Source: a bacterium (GTDB lineage: Bacteria > Hinthialibacterota > Hinthialibacteria > Hinthialibacterales > Hinthialibacteraceae). Taken from it: a stretch of DNA of 64,000 nt. The position numbers were made by a program, and so were the translations under genes. The DNA lies in assembly GCA_963662285.2 (NCBI GenBank), contig CAXXMV010000001.1:192001-256000 (forward strand), given 5' to 3'. Of the stretch, positions 45,170 through 54,967 are shown piece after piece; within the stretch, counting starts at the first letter, position 1, and each line of letters opens with the position of its first letter. The notes beneath the pieces are model-generated. The model did no database searches, was not told where the DNA came from, and saw only the letters and a program-made list of their open reading frames with translations.

Positions 45170-46300
45170 ATGCCAATTTATCTAGACTGTAATGCGACAA
45201 CCCCCATTGAACCTCGTGTTTTGGATGAAGTCATTAAGTACATGAAAGATGAATATGGTAACGCCGGTAGCAGAACTCATGAATATGGGACAAGGGCTCA
45301 AAAAGCGGTACAACTAGCTCGCGAACAAGTAGCAAAAGTAGTTGATTCGAAAAAAGATGAGGTGATTTTCACGAGCGGAGCCACCGAAAGCAATAATATT
45401 GCAATTCTTGGTTTGTGTGAGTATGGTCTGAAAAAAGGACATAAGCACATTATAAGTTCTCACATTGAGCATAAAGCCGTACTCGAACCTTTAGAACATC
45501 TTAAGAAAAAGGGATTCGATATTACACTACTCCCTTGTACTCCAGGAGGTTTTGTTGAAGCCGCATGCATTGAGAATGCTTTGCGTGATGATACGCTGCT
45601 AGTTTCGATCATGCATGTAAATAACGAAACGGGAGTCATTCAGCCACTTGATGAGATATGCGAAGTTCTCCTGGATCATCCGGCATTTTTTCACACAGAC
45701 GCAGCGCAAGGTTTCGGAAAAGAAATGAAGATGCTTAAATCTAACCGTATTGACCTCATCTCGATAAGTGGGCATAAAATTTATGCCCCTAAAGGAGTTG
45801 GGGCTCTCATATGCAGACGTCGTAAATATAAACGCCCACCACTTTCTCCTCTTTGTTTTGGAGGAGGGCAGGAAAAAAGTCTTCGTCCAGGTACATTGCC
45901 GGTTCAATTAATTGTTGGATTAGGAGTAGCCTCTGAACTAGCTCAAAAAGAATGGAAAAAACGAGCGGAAAAATGTTCGAAATTCAAGAATGATTTACTT
46001 GAGACTTTGGCTTCTTTGAATCCTACTCTCCATGGAGATCAATCCCGTACATTGCCTCATGTTATAAATCTATCATTCGGCAATATAGATTCCGAAGCAA
46101 TAATGATTGCTCTAAAAGATGTTGTCGCTATCTCAAATGGCTCTGCTTGTACATCAAATAGTTATGATCCTTCACACGTTCTTCTTGCTATGGGATTATC
46201 TGAAGATGAAGCACAAACAGCGACTAGATGGTCCTGGTGTCATAAGACAGATTGCAAAAATCTAGATATATTAAGTCATATTCAATTGTTATTAGAATAG
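45170..46300 (+). CDS. dndA: Cysteine desulfurase DndA
   Basis: YLDCNATT, GNAGSRTH, SGHK (PLP lysine), SNGSAC; divergent from dndB. Confidence 0.93.
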   Translation: MPIYLDCNATTPIEPRVLDEVIKYMKDEYGNAGSRTHEYGTRAQKAVQLAREQVAKVVDSKKDEVIFTSGATESNNIAILGLCEYGLKKGHKHIISSHIEHKAVLEPLEHLKKKGFDITLLPCTPGGFVEAACIENALRDDTLLVSIMHVNNETGVIQPLDEICEVLLDHPAFFHTDAAQGFGKEMKMLKSNRIDLISISGHKIYAPKGVGALICRRRKYKRPPLSPLCFGGGQEKSLRPGTLPVQLIVGLGVASELAQKEWKKRAEKCSKFKNDLLETLASLNPTLHGDQSRTLPHVINLSFGNIDSEAIMIALKDVVAISNGSACTSNSYDPSHVLLAMGLSEDEAQTATRWSWCHKTDCKNLDILSHIQLLLE

Positions 46301-46315
46301 AATTTTGTGTTAGTA

Positions 46316-48683
46316 TTACCCTAAAACAATTTCCATAAATGATGGATAGTATCTGTAGATTCGTGAATATGCCTCGATATCAGAATCTATAATGCCAGGT
46401 ATTTTAATATCATTAATATCATTTATTTTGGGTAATTTCGAATTTATTTCACGTAATTCTTTATGAGTAAACATCGGTGCTTTTATTTTGTATGGATCAT
46501 CCTTTTCTCTAACAAAATCAAAATCTTTTATTTTACTCTTTATTATTTTTTCTTTGTCAATTTCATTATAGAAAATCCAACCCAATGTCATCATTTCTGA
46601 TCCATCCGAGTACTTAAAAAATAGCCTCTTCAAAAAAATCTGTGGGTGAAATTTGGTTCTGGTAAATCGCCAAGTGTATGATATAAGGCGATTTCCAGCG
46701 CTTTGTAGGTTCGAAAACCGTACGCCATTTTGGTAGTCACTTTGGCCTTGTTGTTTAAGCCTTCCACCACTCCAGAAGAAAACTCCTTTTTCGCCCGAAA
46801 CCAGTTCAAAATCAGTTCGCGATGGTTGCGCAGCATCTTGGCCACTTTCTTCATTGGTTCGATTCGCGAGCGCATGGTTTTAGTACACCACTGATCCATG
46901 AAGCGTCCAGCCCACCATGCTGATTTATATTCCCAGAAAAATTGAAATTCCTCTTTGAGAAGATAACTTCTCACCGTGCGCAGATTATATCGAACCACGT
47001 TGGCTAATTTATCGACCTGCTTGACTGTCAAATTATCCGGGCGTTTCAGAAACCACCAGCGACTTCCTTTTAATACCGGTTCTAATCCCTTGGCCTTCAA
47101 TTCACGGGATTCTCCAGCGCGGACTTGATCTATGGCTTTGTTCATATGAGCCATGATGTGAAACCGATCCAATACATTCAGCGCGCTTTTGGCTTTTTTG
47201 CGAATGACTTTGAGATAAGCTTTCCACATATCACTGCACACAAATTCCAATTTTTTTGAACGCTCTTCCCCGAACCATCTGAAGAATTTCAACAGTGTTT
47301 TGATCTTTCTTTTTTCCCCGATCCACAGCAGCCGTTTGCAATTCTCATTGATTTGATATACCACTGTCACATACTGATGGCCGCCGCCCCATTGCATTTC
47401 ATCGATTCCAATGGCGGTGATTCCTTCCAGGTTCACATGCTGGCGGCCCCATTCTACCGCCCGTTCAACCGAATGAAAAACATTGTACCAACTTGTTTGA
47501 AATGCTTCCGCCACTTGGCTCCAACTCATCCGCTTGGCCCAGCTCGCCAAGAACCATTGATAGATATGCGTTAATTCATGTTTACCATCGGCCCAAGGTA
47601 CCTTTTCAACTTTCACTCCACAGCGGTGACAATTCACGCGGCGCATGGCATAGATCAGGAATACGGTTAATCCCCATATCGGGATAAACTCAAATCGGCG
47701 CGCATCTAATCTGTCATAACCTGATCCTTTTTCTCCGCAGCATGAACATATCGGGCGGCTTTTGACATGAGCACGGACTTTTACCTCTATGGATGTTTTA
47801 CCATTCCATTCACCAAATTTGCTAGAAGCATATACATACCCCTTGATTTTATGAACACGATTGAGGATTCTAATGACATCCATCCGGTTTCCTCCTGGTT
47901 GATGATTTTTCGCTGATTTCATTCTTTCAGGATAAGAGACCGGATGTCTTTTTTATACCTCTACTATTCGAAGTATTTTTGCTATCATTCACCCACAGAT
48001 TTCTTTATAGAACCAAAAAATAATAACTGTTCATAATAAATTTTCTGCTTTTCTGCAGCATTCCTATTATCAATTGTCTTTTTTAATTGTGTGATTATTA
48101 TCCTTCTATATGTTTGTGATATATTTTCCCCAATTAAATCTATTGGTTTTAGATTAATAGGTACATTTTCTTCGCCAACATTCTTATCAAGCATTTCTTT
48201 TCTATATTTTTTAAGATCATTATTATTCATTCCCTCTTTTCTCATTTGAGCACAATTGACAGTAATAATTAAAAAACCACCACTCAGAATTCGAGTACAA
48301 ATAGTATTTAGATCATTCAATACTTCACTAGTTAATGTAGAATCATAATCAAGCCAAATGAAATAATTCTCTTTTGATATAATTTCTGGAAGAATATCAT
48401 TAGAATTTCCAATTTTTAAATCTATACAATTGAAAGGAATATTAAATTCAAACCTTTCTTTATATTTTTCTTCTTTTTCAATACTCACCATTTCATTTAT
48501 ATTTAATACTTGATGAAAAAGAATAAAATCTTTGAAATAAATAGAACCAAATCCAATATATTTATATTTTGATAAATCATTAAATACATGAAATTCTTTA
48601 AAAATGTCACATATCATTTTTCTCTCAATTACTTTTGATGGTCTAATGGAATAATTAATTCTTCTATATGTACTATTCATCAT
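46316..48683 (-). pseudogene. Putative SAM-dependent O-methyltransferase-like protein interrupted by ISL3
   Basis: INYSIRPSKVIERK, YIGFGS.YF.DF, WLDYD; removing the IS and TSD rejoins YEQLLFF-KYSDGSEMMTLG in frame. Confidence 0.75.
46624..48014 (-). mobile_element. ISL3-family IS (transposase 46630-47883)
   Basis: 27-bp imperfect TIRs sharing AAATCTGTGGGTGAA; 8-bp TSD AAAAAATA; IGIDE, SDMW, DRFH, VEGLNNKAK. Confidence 0.95.
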
Positions 48684-50024
48684 CTAAACCTTCATAAGTT
48701 ACAAAGTAATCAAAAGTATTCTCACCAACTTCCTTCCACGTACAGGCATGTAAATGATCTTTAACTTTTTGTGCTAAGTCTATCGTTTTTTTATATTGAA
48801 TTGTTTGAAATCGAATTCTTGGAATCTTGGGTTTGATGATATCTGGGAAAATAAATGTATCTGTTGTTTTAGAATTTTCAATGAGCACTTCTTCCTTTGC
48901 ATTATCAATTAGTGCGTTCAATGGATTATCTTCAATTTCATCATTATCAAATTGTTTTTTTTCCTCAGCTCTACGCCTGAGAAATTTAGTAAAAGGTTGA
49001 GTTATGATTATCATTTCTCTTTTTATCGATCTATAGTATTCATTATCGGAGTCAATACCAGTTTTTGTTGTAGTCCAGGGGAGCAATGAAGAATCATCTG
49101 AGTCGAAATAAACCATTCCACGGAAATAGGCAAAATCTGGATGATATTTTGGAGTACCTTCTTCTCCCCAAACAGTCAAATTAGTTTGGTCTGCTCGAAC
49201 CACCATTCTACCATTGCAGAATATATACCATCCCCCATCCTCTTTTTCTCTTCTTGACAAACCAGCATATATCTTCACTTTTACAGGATTTTTTTCTTTA
49301 TCATAAGTGATTTCTCTATGTACAGATTTTAGATCATCCGATTGGATAAATTTCATTGGTTCGTATCCTATCGGAATGGCGTTTAATGTAATGCTTATTC
49401 CATTATTTAAGTTTAAAAGATGGGCGTTTGATATTTCATCAGATAGTCTTTTTATAAAAGTATCAAGTCCAAAACTTTCTGAAACACTAGGGTGGATATC
49501 CGTGATCTCAATAATAGTGCCTTTATCTTTGGAGGAATTATCAATTTCTTCTTTTAATTCACTGAACTCGAAGTGCCAGGAATTAGCATTTTCATTTTTT
49601 TCTTTTAACCATTCATCTAAATCGATATCTATAATAAAATAAGATGAATCTGTAGTAGATTTCACATAATATTTTTTCCCTACTTTGAAAAATGTTCTTT
49701 TCATACCTACGCCAAATTGACCAATTGAAGCATCACTAGGTGGGGCGTCGGGAGGTCTTCCAAAGCGAAAAGCATAATTTCTTGCAATGTCTACTGAAAT
49801 CCCACCACAGTTATCAGATATTTTGAATTTGTTTTGATCTATTTCAATTCGTATCCAAAGCTCATTGAAGTTCTTTACTTCATTAATTCTTCTTGCTCCA
49901 TCAACAGAATTATCTACTAAATCAATAATAGATCTAATAAGAGGGGCATCACGCGTTAACATATAAATAAAGAATTCTTTAGTAGGAGATGCATTTATTT
50001 TTTTGTTTTGAATATTTTCGGACA
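48673..50024 (-). CDS. GHKL (MORC/MutL-like) ATPase
   Basis: DLVDNSVD, ISDNCGGI, IGQFGVGMK, GTIIEI, GWYIFCNGR, LPWTTTK. Confidence 0.85.
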
Positions 50025-51512
50025 TCACGAAGGATTCCCCATATCTCGCCAAAACTGTCGAACTTTTCCTAAACTCACATCATTTTTTAATCGTAAAGAT
50101 GCTTCACCAAATTGCAGTTTTTGATGTAATGCTTTACCAATGATCTGCTTTTGTTGTCTTTCACTTAAAGTCTCCGGGGAGAAGTGGATTCCACATGTTG
50201 CGAGTTCTGCAAAATTTGTCGCATTATTACCAGAAGTTACAAAGGCATCTGCATCCTGAGAAGCAAGCCAAACTGGAAATCCCCATGATCTACCTTGCCT
50301 GGCAAGTTTTCCCAATAATCCAGCCTTGCCTTCCTTCGGAAGCAAATGATGGGCCTCATCAACAAATAGAATCATCTTTAAAGGTTGTACATTGTTTGTA
50401 ATGGGGAGATTTTGATTGAATTTATTCATAAGAAAATTAAGGATTAACGCAACAACCAAACTCTTTGTGTCATTATCATTTCCAAAATCCTTAAAATCAA
50501 TCACAAGTGAATCTTTAAAAAATTCTTCATGGCTTGCAGAGGTGAAAGACGAAGCGAATAAATTCAAATCGACAATTTTCTTAATAATCGAATACTCAAC
50601 TCCTGTTGCTCCATTTGATTCAAGTTCATCTAATAGCCTAATAAAATCAGGCGGATTGATACGTTGATAGGCATCTGCAATTGTTCTTTCCTGTTTTGCG
50701 CCTAATTGATGAGCATAAGCGCGTATAAGAGAAGCAATTTCGTATGAAATTTGTGCATTAGCAGATGGATTTGGACTATAGATTAATGGATTAATCGGCA
50801 AATCTTGTTGGATGAGACGAATATATTTAGCATTTGTTATTTTGAAAAAATTATTGCGGTTTTCTTTTTGTTGGGAATTCGTGGGATCATTTTCAAGTTC
50901 ACCTTTTAAATCAAAGAAAACAAACCTAAGTCCCTGATTCGCTACCTGAGCGAGAAGATCAAGTGCAAGTTGACTCTTGCCTGTCCCTGGCTTTCCCGAT
51001 ATAACTAACAATCCGTTTTGACCGGGATCGTTTATTATCCAAGGTTCACTGCTTTGAAATAATTTCAATTCTACGGGATGATTCACAATGGGCATCGATT
51101 TAATACCCTCTTTGGTTTTTCTGGTGATTTCTATATCATCCCCGATTAGATCTAGAATTTTTGTAACAAAAAGAGTTTGATCATTTGAAGATTCTTCCCA
51201 GATTTGTTGTAACAACATGCATCCATATTCAAAATGTCTTCGGAATTCTCTTTTATAACTTGATTCATCGAGTGTGTAACCTGCCCGATAATTCAATGTT
51301 GCTTGAACGATGTCTCTCAAATCATCACCAACAACGGTTTCATCGTTTAACTCTTTTCCTTGTTGATTCTTTGGTTCATATTCCTTTGGTACACCTTGTC
51401 CTAATGCAAGAAATAAACCGGCCCGGCCTAAAACAGCTTTATTCCTGGCTCCAACTCTGGCGTGTACTGATTCAATAAATGATTCTGTTTCAGAACTTGG
51501 GTGAAATCTCAT
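50025..51512 (-). CDS. DndE-like N-terminal domain fused to HerA/DndH-like ATPase
   Basis: N-terminal VLGRAGLFLAL...KELN...HFEYG resembles DndE; GKPGTGKS, FFDLKG, FVDEAH, RQGRSWG..VWLASQ. Confidence 0.75.
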   Translation of the reverse strand: MRFHPSSETESFIESVHARVGARNKAVLGRAGLFLALGQGVPKEYEPKNQQGKELNDETVVGDDLRDIVQATLNYRAGYTLDESSYKREFRRHFEYGCMLLQQIWEESSNDQTLFVTKILDLIGDDIEITRKTKEGIKSMPIVNHPVELKLFQSSEPWIINDPGQNGLLVISGKPGTGKSQLALDLLAQVANQGLRFVFFDLKGELENDPTNSQQKENRNNFFKITNAKYIRLIQQDLPINPLIYSPNPSANAQISYEIASLIRAYAHQLGAKQERTIADAYQRINPPDFIRLLDELESNGATGVEYSIIKKIVDLNLFASSFTSASHEEFFKDSLVIDFKDFGNDNDTKSLVVALILNFLMNKFNQNLPITNNVQPLKMILFVDEAHHLLPKEGKAGLLGKLARQGRSWGFPVWLASQDADAFVTSGNNATNFAELATCGIHFSPETLSERQQKQIIGKALHQKLQFGEASLRLKNDVSLGKVRQFWRDMGNPS

Positions 51513-53572
51513 AATCTTTTTCCAAAATAATCATTCTTAAGTGATACTGTATAAAATTGACTTGCTTGCTCACCCTGCGGCTCTAGTGTATAAACACGGG
51601 CTAAGTTTCCCATGATTGAATCATATAATGGGCCTTGAGGATCTATTTCAGAATTAGTTGCCAACATAATTGATTGATGTCCGCAAAGATACAATTTCTT
51701 CAAGACTGATCGCCGGATTTCTTGATCTAAACGACCTAGAGGTGTATCAATCACTAACGGTGGAACTAATCTGGCAAGTCTTCTTAATGCCTCATTGAAA
51801 GCCAATGCTCGAACTTGTCTTTGTCCAGCTGATGTATTAGCATCCTCCCAAGAGATCTTATTTCCATTTTGTCGCATAAGATAACAGTTCCAGTTATTAT
51901 CAAATTCCATATTCGAAAATTCTAATTGTCTATCGGTAATATCAATCCAAAGATCGCCAACCATTTCACTAATATCACTACGAAGTTGAATGGCAGCTTG
52001 TTGCTGGATATCTTCCACTGATTCTCGAAAACGAATAGCATGGGTTGTCAGACTTGCTCCTTTTTGCGCTTTTTCAACAACCCGGCGTTGATTCTCTTCT
52101 TCTCTTTTTAGTTCTTTAATTTTGTTTTCAAGGATTTTGATCTCAGACGGAATTTGTGATAATTTCGTCTGCCATTCCTCAATTTGTTTTCGAAGATTTT
52201 TTATCTGTTCTCTTATTTCCCCGCTTCGCTCGTAATCAGATTCATTTTTTCTTTTATGTTTAAACCATAAGTCCAAGTCATTTATTTCTAAACTCTTACT
52301 TTCAATATCTTTCGTTAAATCTGAGAGTGATTTAATTGAAAGAGTGCTATGTAGTAATTGCTGTCGAATTTGTGCACTTGAATCAATACGCTTTACAGCA
52401 AATACACGATCTGACATACCGTCAGGCGGGGGGTGAAATATACTGCGAAGAGCTTTATCTAATCGTTCTGTGTAAAAATTGAGCGTCTCTTCAGTAAGAG
52501 AGTATTCTTGAGGAATATTTTGAAAAACATCGGATTTTATTTGAGGTATTTTGGGCTCAACTGTAGCCTTGCTTCTTTCCCATTCATTTCGCTTTTCTTC
52601 TTTCAATAAATAATCATGTAATTCGTTCCTTAAATCTCCCAATAAAGCTATCGGCAAATTCGTTTCCCATGATGCGGCCAGTTCCGATTCAAGCTGATTT
52701 CTTGCAGCTTTAATTTCAGCATATTTTTTCCTATTTTCTTCCAATTCGTCAGGATCAATTTCCCCGAGTGTTCTTAATTCTTCTTCTTTTTTAGCTAATT
52801 CAGATTCTAAGTCACGAAGTTGTTCTTTATATTCATTTTCTTCATACTGTTTTGACTGAAGTTCGCCTTGATATTTACTAATCTCTGAAGATATATCACT
52901 TAGTTTCTTTGATTCATCTGCCAGCGCTTTCGATTTAAACTGTTGTGGAATTTTATTTCTAATTAATTTTCTCAATTCATTAGCAAGTTCTTCATAAGTC
53001 CATAATCCGAGGATCCGACTGATTCCATCAATTATATCACGATCTCTTAAGTGTAAACTCTGGCTTCTTTCTGCGTCAAAGAAAAAGAATCTTGCTAAAT
53101 GTCTTGGTAATAATGAATCTCTTAATTTTTGAATTCTTGTATCGTCATGGACTGTTTCTTCTGGAGTTGCAACATGGGATTCCCATCTTGGATGAGAATT
53201 AGGTCTATGATGAATTTTTCTGATAAAGGTAAATTTTCTTTTTCCATCAACATTTGGATCATTTTGTACGATTTCTATCTCAAGACTAGATAAATTATGC
53301 CCTTCAGATTCTGCTTTACGATTAAGTGATTTATCAAATCTGAAACCAGATGAATTTGGATCAGATTTTTCGATGTTTGTTAAATCATGAACACCAGTTT
53401 CTCCAACAACTGCAAGATAGATAGCACGTAACAGATGTGTTTTTCCTGATCCATTTTTTCCTCCAACAAGAATACCACATCTATCTTCGACAGGATGCAG
53501 ATCAAAGGTCACACGACCGTAAAAAGGGCCGAAATTTTCAACTGTTAGACGATCAATATAAACTTCGGCCAT
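51509..53572 (-). CDS. Second DndD-like (PbeC-like) SMC/ABC ATPase
   Basis: NFGPFYG, GGKNGSGKT, FFFFDAE, SAGQRQ, IDTPLGRLD, HQSIMLATNSEI. Confidence 0.88.
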   Translation of the reverse strand: MAEVYIDRLTVENFGPFYGRVTFDLHPVEDRCGILVGGKNGSGKTHLLRAIYLAVVGETGVHDLTNIEKSDPNSSGFRFDKSLNRKAESEGHNLSSLEIEIVQNDPNVDGKRKFTFIRKIHHRPNSHPRWESHVATPEETVHDDTRIQKLRDSLLPRHLARFFFFDAERSQSLHLRDRDIIDGISRILGLWTYEELANELRKLIRNKIPQQFKSKALADESKKLSDISSEISKYQGELQSKQYEENEYKEQLRDLESELAKKEEELRTLGEIDPDELEENRKKYAEIKAARNQLESELAASWETNLPIALLGDLRNELHDYLLKEEKRNEWERSKATVEPKIPQIKSDVFQNIPQEYSLTEETLNFYTERLDKALRSIFHPPPDGMSDRVFAVKRIDSSAQIRQQLLHSTLSIKSLSDLTKDIESKSLEINDLDLWFKHKRKNESDYERSGEIREQIKNLRKQIEEWQTKLSQIPSEIKILENKIKELKREEENQRRVVEKAQKGASLTTHAIRFRESVEDIQQQAAIQLRSDISEMVGDLWIDITDRQLEFSNMEFDNNWNCYLMRQNGNKISWEDANTSAGQRQVRALAFNEALRRLARLVPPLVIDTPLGRLDQEIRRSVLKKLYLCGHQSIMLATNSEIDPQGPLYDSIMGNLARVYTLEPQGEQASQFYTVSLKNDYFGKRL

Positions 53573-53574
53573 GA

Positions 53575-53763
53575 TTAATCCATGCTTTCTTTCATGTTAA
53601 GATTAAAATCATCAGTAATAATATTAAGTAATTCATCTTGCAAACCAACTGCTCTATGACTATCCCCATATTGTTCAACCAAACCAAGGAGTTGCCTTAA
53701 GGTTTTAGAAGACACGCTCTTTTCGGTGCAGATTTTCTCTTGCAATTGATTTAATTTTTCCAT
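53575..53763 (-). CDS. Small helical protein heading the DndD-like operon (PbeB-like position)
   Basis: Short ORF ending 2 bp before the SMC ATPase start. Confidence 0.55.
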   Translation of the reverse strand: MEKLNQLQEKICTEKSVSSKTLRQLLGLVEQYGDSHRAVGLQDELLNIITDDFNLNMKESMD

Positions 53764-54044
53764 ATGTTTTGATTGGTTCATTTTGATATATAAATTACAC
53801 CTAATTATTTTTTGAGGCATTTTGCAACGGTTTTATTTCTTTCAAATCATCCAATTTACCAGTTATTTCTAAAAGAGATGCATATTTTGTAATTTTCTCA
53901 TATCTAAACTTTTGTTGTCAACCTTCAATACCGAATAGTGCTTTTTTTGTTAAGGGTTCTTATGTGATCTATAACTAGCAGAAATATATAGATTTATGAA
54001 CTTGTATTAATCGTATTATCTTCAATATAGCAAACAATTCCTTA

Positions 54045-54071
54045 AAAAAAGGGGAATCTTTCATCCCCTTC
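54045..54071 (-). terminator. Rho-independent terminator of the CobS/CobT-like operon
   Basis: Minus strand AAGGGGAT-gaaag-ATTCCCCTTTTTTT. Confidence 0.65.
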
Positions 54072-54090
54072 AAAGCATGAAATGACATTT

Positions 54091-54438
54091 CTATCGCAAA
54101 TACAGATAATACCAGCGCCGTTTTGGCTTGTGGATCTCTCGTTCACGCTGAATCCGTTGCCGTTCAAGTTCAGTGAGCTTACGCCCAATCTCTTCAGTCG
54201 TTTCTTCTTGGGATACGGCTCGATAGACAGCCACGCTCTTGAAGATTACCGGTTGATACTTGGCTTCGACGATATCGATGAGTTCGAGTATTGCGGCTCC
54301 AATGCGGGCGGCTTTGACGTGCTCTTGTAGATCGTTGAAATTGCTGTCAAAGATCGATTGCTCGGTAAGGATGTCGCGGAGGCCGGGGCCTACGTTGCGG
54401 TTCGATTTGCTGATTGTATTGTTTCCGTTGTTATTCAT
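54091..54438 (-). CDS. Hypothetical protein
   Basis: AAGGA RBS before MNNNG. Confidence 0.5.
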   Translation of the reverse strand: MNNNGNNTISKSNRNVGPGLRDILTEQSIFDSNFNDLQEHVKAARIGAAILELIDIVEAKYQPVIFKSVAVYRAVSQEETTEEIGRKLTELERQRIQREREIHKPKRRWYYLYLR

Positions 54439-54460
54439 GGACTTGTTCCTTTCAATTGAT

Positions 54461-54931
54461 TTAGGCTTCTTGCCAGACCGATCCGGAATTGATTCCGGGG
54501 GAGATGGCGTGAGCTGCTGCGGTGAGGGTTCGATAGACAGTTCCGTTGAACAGAATCGATCGACCTTCCATACGTTTGTTCGATGGATCGTCCACAATGA
54601 CGGCCTCAAAGGTCTGGCCTCGGTAGGTGGTTTGGATTTTCGATCCGACTGGAGGGATTTCCAGCGGCTTGCGGGTATGTTCGGGAATGAACTGAGCGTC
54701 GCCCGAACGGTTAACTTGATTCTTTGTTTGTTTCTCCTTTCTTTCTGGGATTGGATTTTGTTGAGTTGCTACATTACTGTTGGCGTTTTGATTTGAGCGT
54801 TCAGAAACTTGGCTCTGAATGTGCTTTTCCTGGGCTCTCATACAATCTGTTTGAATCCCGCATGAAGCGCATTCCGGCGCGAGGGGATCAAACAGGGCGA
54901 AACAATGCGGATTATGGACAGACGTATCCAT
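54461..54931 (-). CDS. Protein with N-terminal Cys cluster and C-terminal DUF2924/RAMA-like domain
   Basis: CF...ECASC...C; GSKIQTTYRGQTFEAVI...FNGTVYRTLTAAAHAI. Confidence 0.6.
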   Translation of the reverse strand: MDTSVHNPHCFALFDPLAPECASCGIQTDCMRAQEKHIQSQVSERSNQNANSNVATQQNPIPERKEKQTKNQVNRSGDAQFIPEHTRKPLEIPPVGSKIQTTYRGQTFEAVIVDDPSNKRMEGRSILFNGTVYRTLTAAAHAISPGINSGSVWQEA

Positions 54932-54967
54932 AATGGATTCTCCTTTCGGTTTGATTTTGATTTATGC

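Noticed and set aside
50025-51512. Canonical dndH (dndFGH restriction module)
   Set aside because: Far shorter than DndH, has a DndE-like N-terminus, and no dndF/dndG neighbours.
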